From NCBI RefSeq assembly GCF_003918875.1, contig NW_025767046.1, positions 2,604,001-2,668,000 on the forward strand: a DNA stretch of 64,000 nt, in the 5' to 3' direction. Shown here piece after piece: positions 63,577 through 64,000 of this stretch (the first letter of the stretch is position 1; the number at the start of each line of letters is the position of its first letter). Both the position numbers and the translations under genes were made by a program. Below the pieces are notes generated by a model, which was given only the letters and a program-made list of their open reading frames with translations, did not search any database and was not told the DNA's origin. The DNA comes from Haliotis rubra (lineage: Eukaryota).

Positions 63577-64000
63577 TATAGTCTGTTTGCAATGAAAACG
63601 TACCGATGAATTTAACTTTAAACAAAAAGTAAATCAAATAAAGTGAAATTAAGATTGCGAATCCTCATAGTTTTACCTTGCCAACTGAACATTTAAATCT
63701 CAGAATTTTATTCAACTTAGGCTAAAAGTTGTTTATCAAACGATCATAGTTTCAAATCGCTATTATTGGTTTGCATTACAAGGGGGTAAGCGTAGTAGTT
63801 GGAACAGTGAAACAAATGCACGTGCGGTGCGTGATGAGCGTTAACTTAGACTACCGTAGAAACCAACCCTATTGTTTTCGGTGTTTCATTTAATGTGCAT
63901 ACCCCTTTGTAATACAAACAAATAATAGCAATTTTAAACTATGATCGTTTGTTAAACAACTTTTATCCTATGATGAATAAACATATGAGATTTAAATGTT
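63577..64000. mobile_element. Third copy of the foldback MITE (runs off the window)
   Basis: Near-identical to 55783-56205. Confidence 0.8.

Overview
Animal genomic DNA: AT-rich, spliceosomal introns, dense in SINEs, MITEs and minisatellites, two assembly gaps. A mollusc such as a gastropod is likely, but that is inference. The window holds a cluster of seven paralogous five-exon genes (A+ 2125-3969, B+ 11561-13766, C- 21752-25569, D- 33287-35849, E- 40673-42886, F+ 49173-52784, G- partial 61858-62965), reconstructed by hand from GT-AG sites with conserved intron phases 1-0-2-0. The six complete genes encode a signal peptide, a Gly-rich aromatic/aliphatic low-complexity tract and a 6-Cys globular domain. 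Motif order and Cys pattern in that domain match extracellular Cu/Zn superoxide dismutase (SOD3-like), but every metal ligand and the catalytic Arg is replaced. A variable GQQWGQGL repeat sits where the Zn loop would be. My best candidate for a novel system is therefore an expanded family of secreted 'pseudo-SOD' structural/matrix proteins. Between C and D lies a ~3.5 kb Ser/Asp/Thr-rich repeat with a 1006-aa ORF and decayed flanks. Also present: a Tc1 (DD34E) relic nested in an I/Nimb-type LINE fragment, several SINE families (tRNA-, V-domain- and 5S-derived, plus one with a structured head), several MITEs, and a 35-bp minisatellite. No database searches were run.
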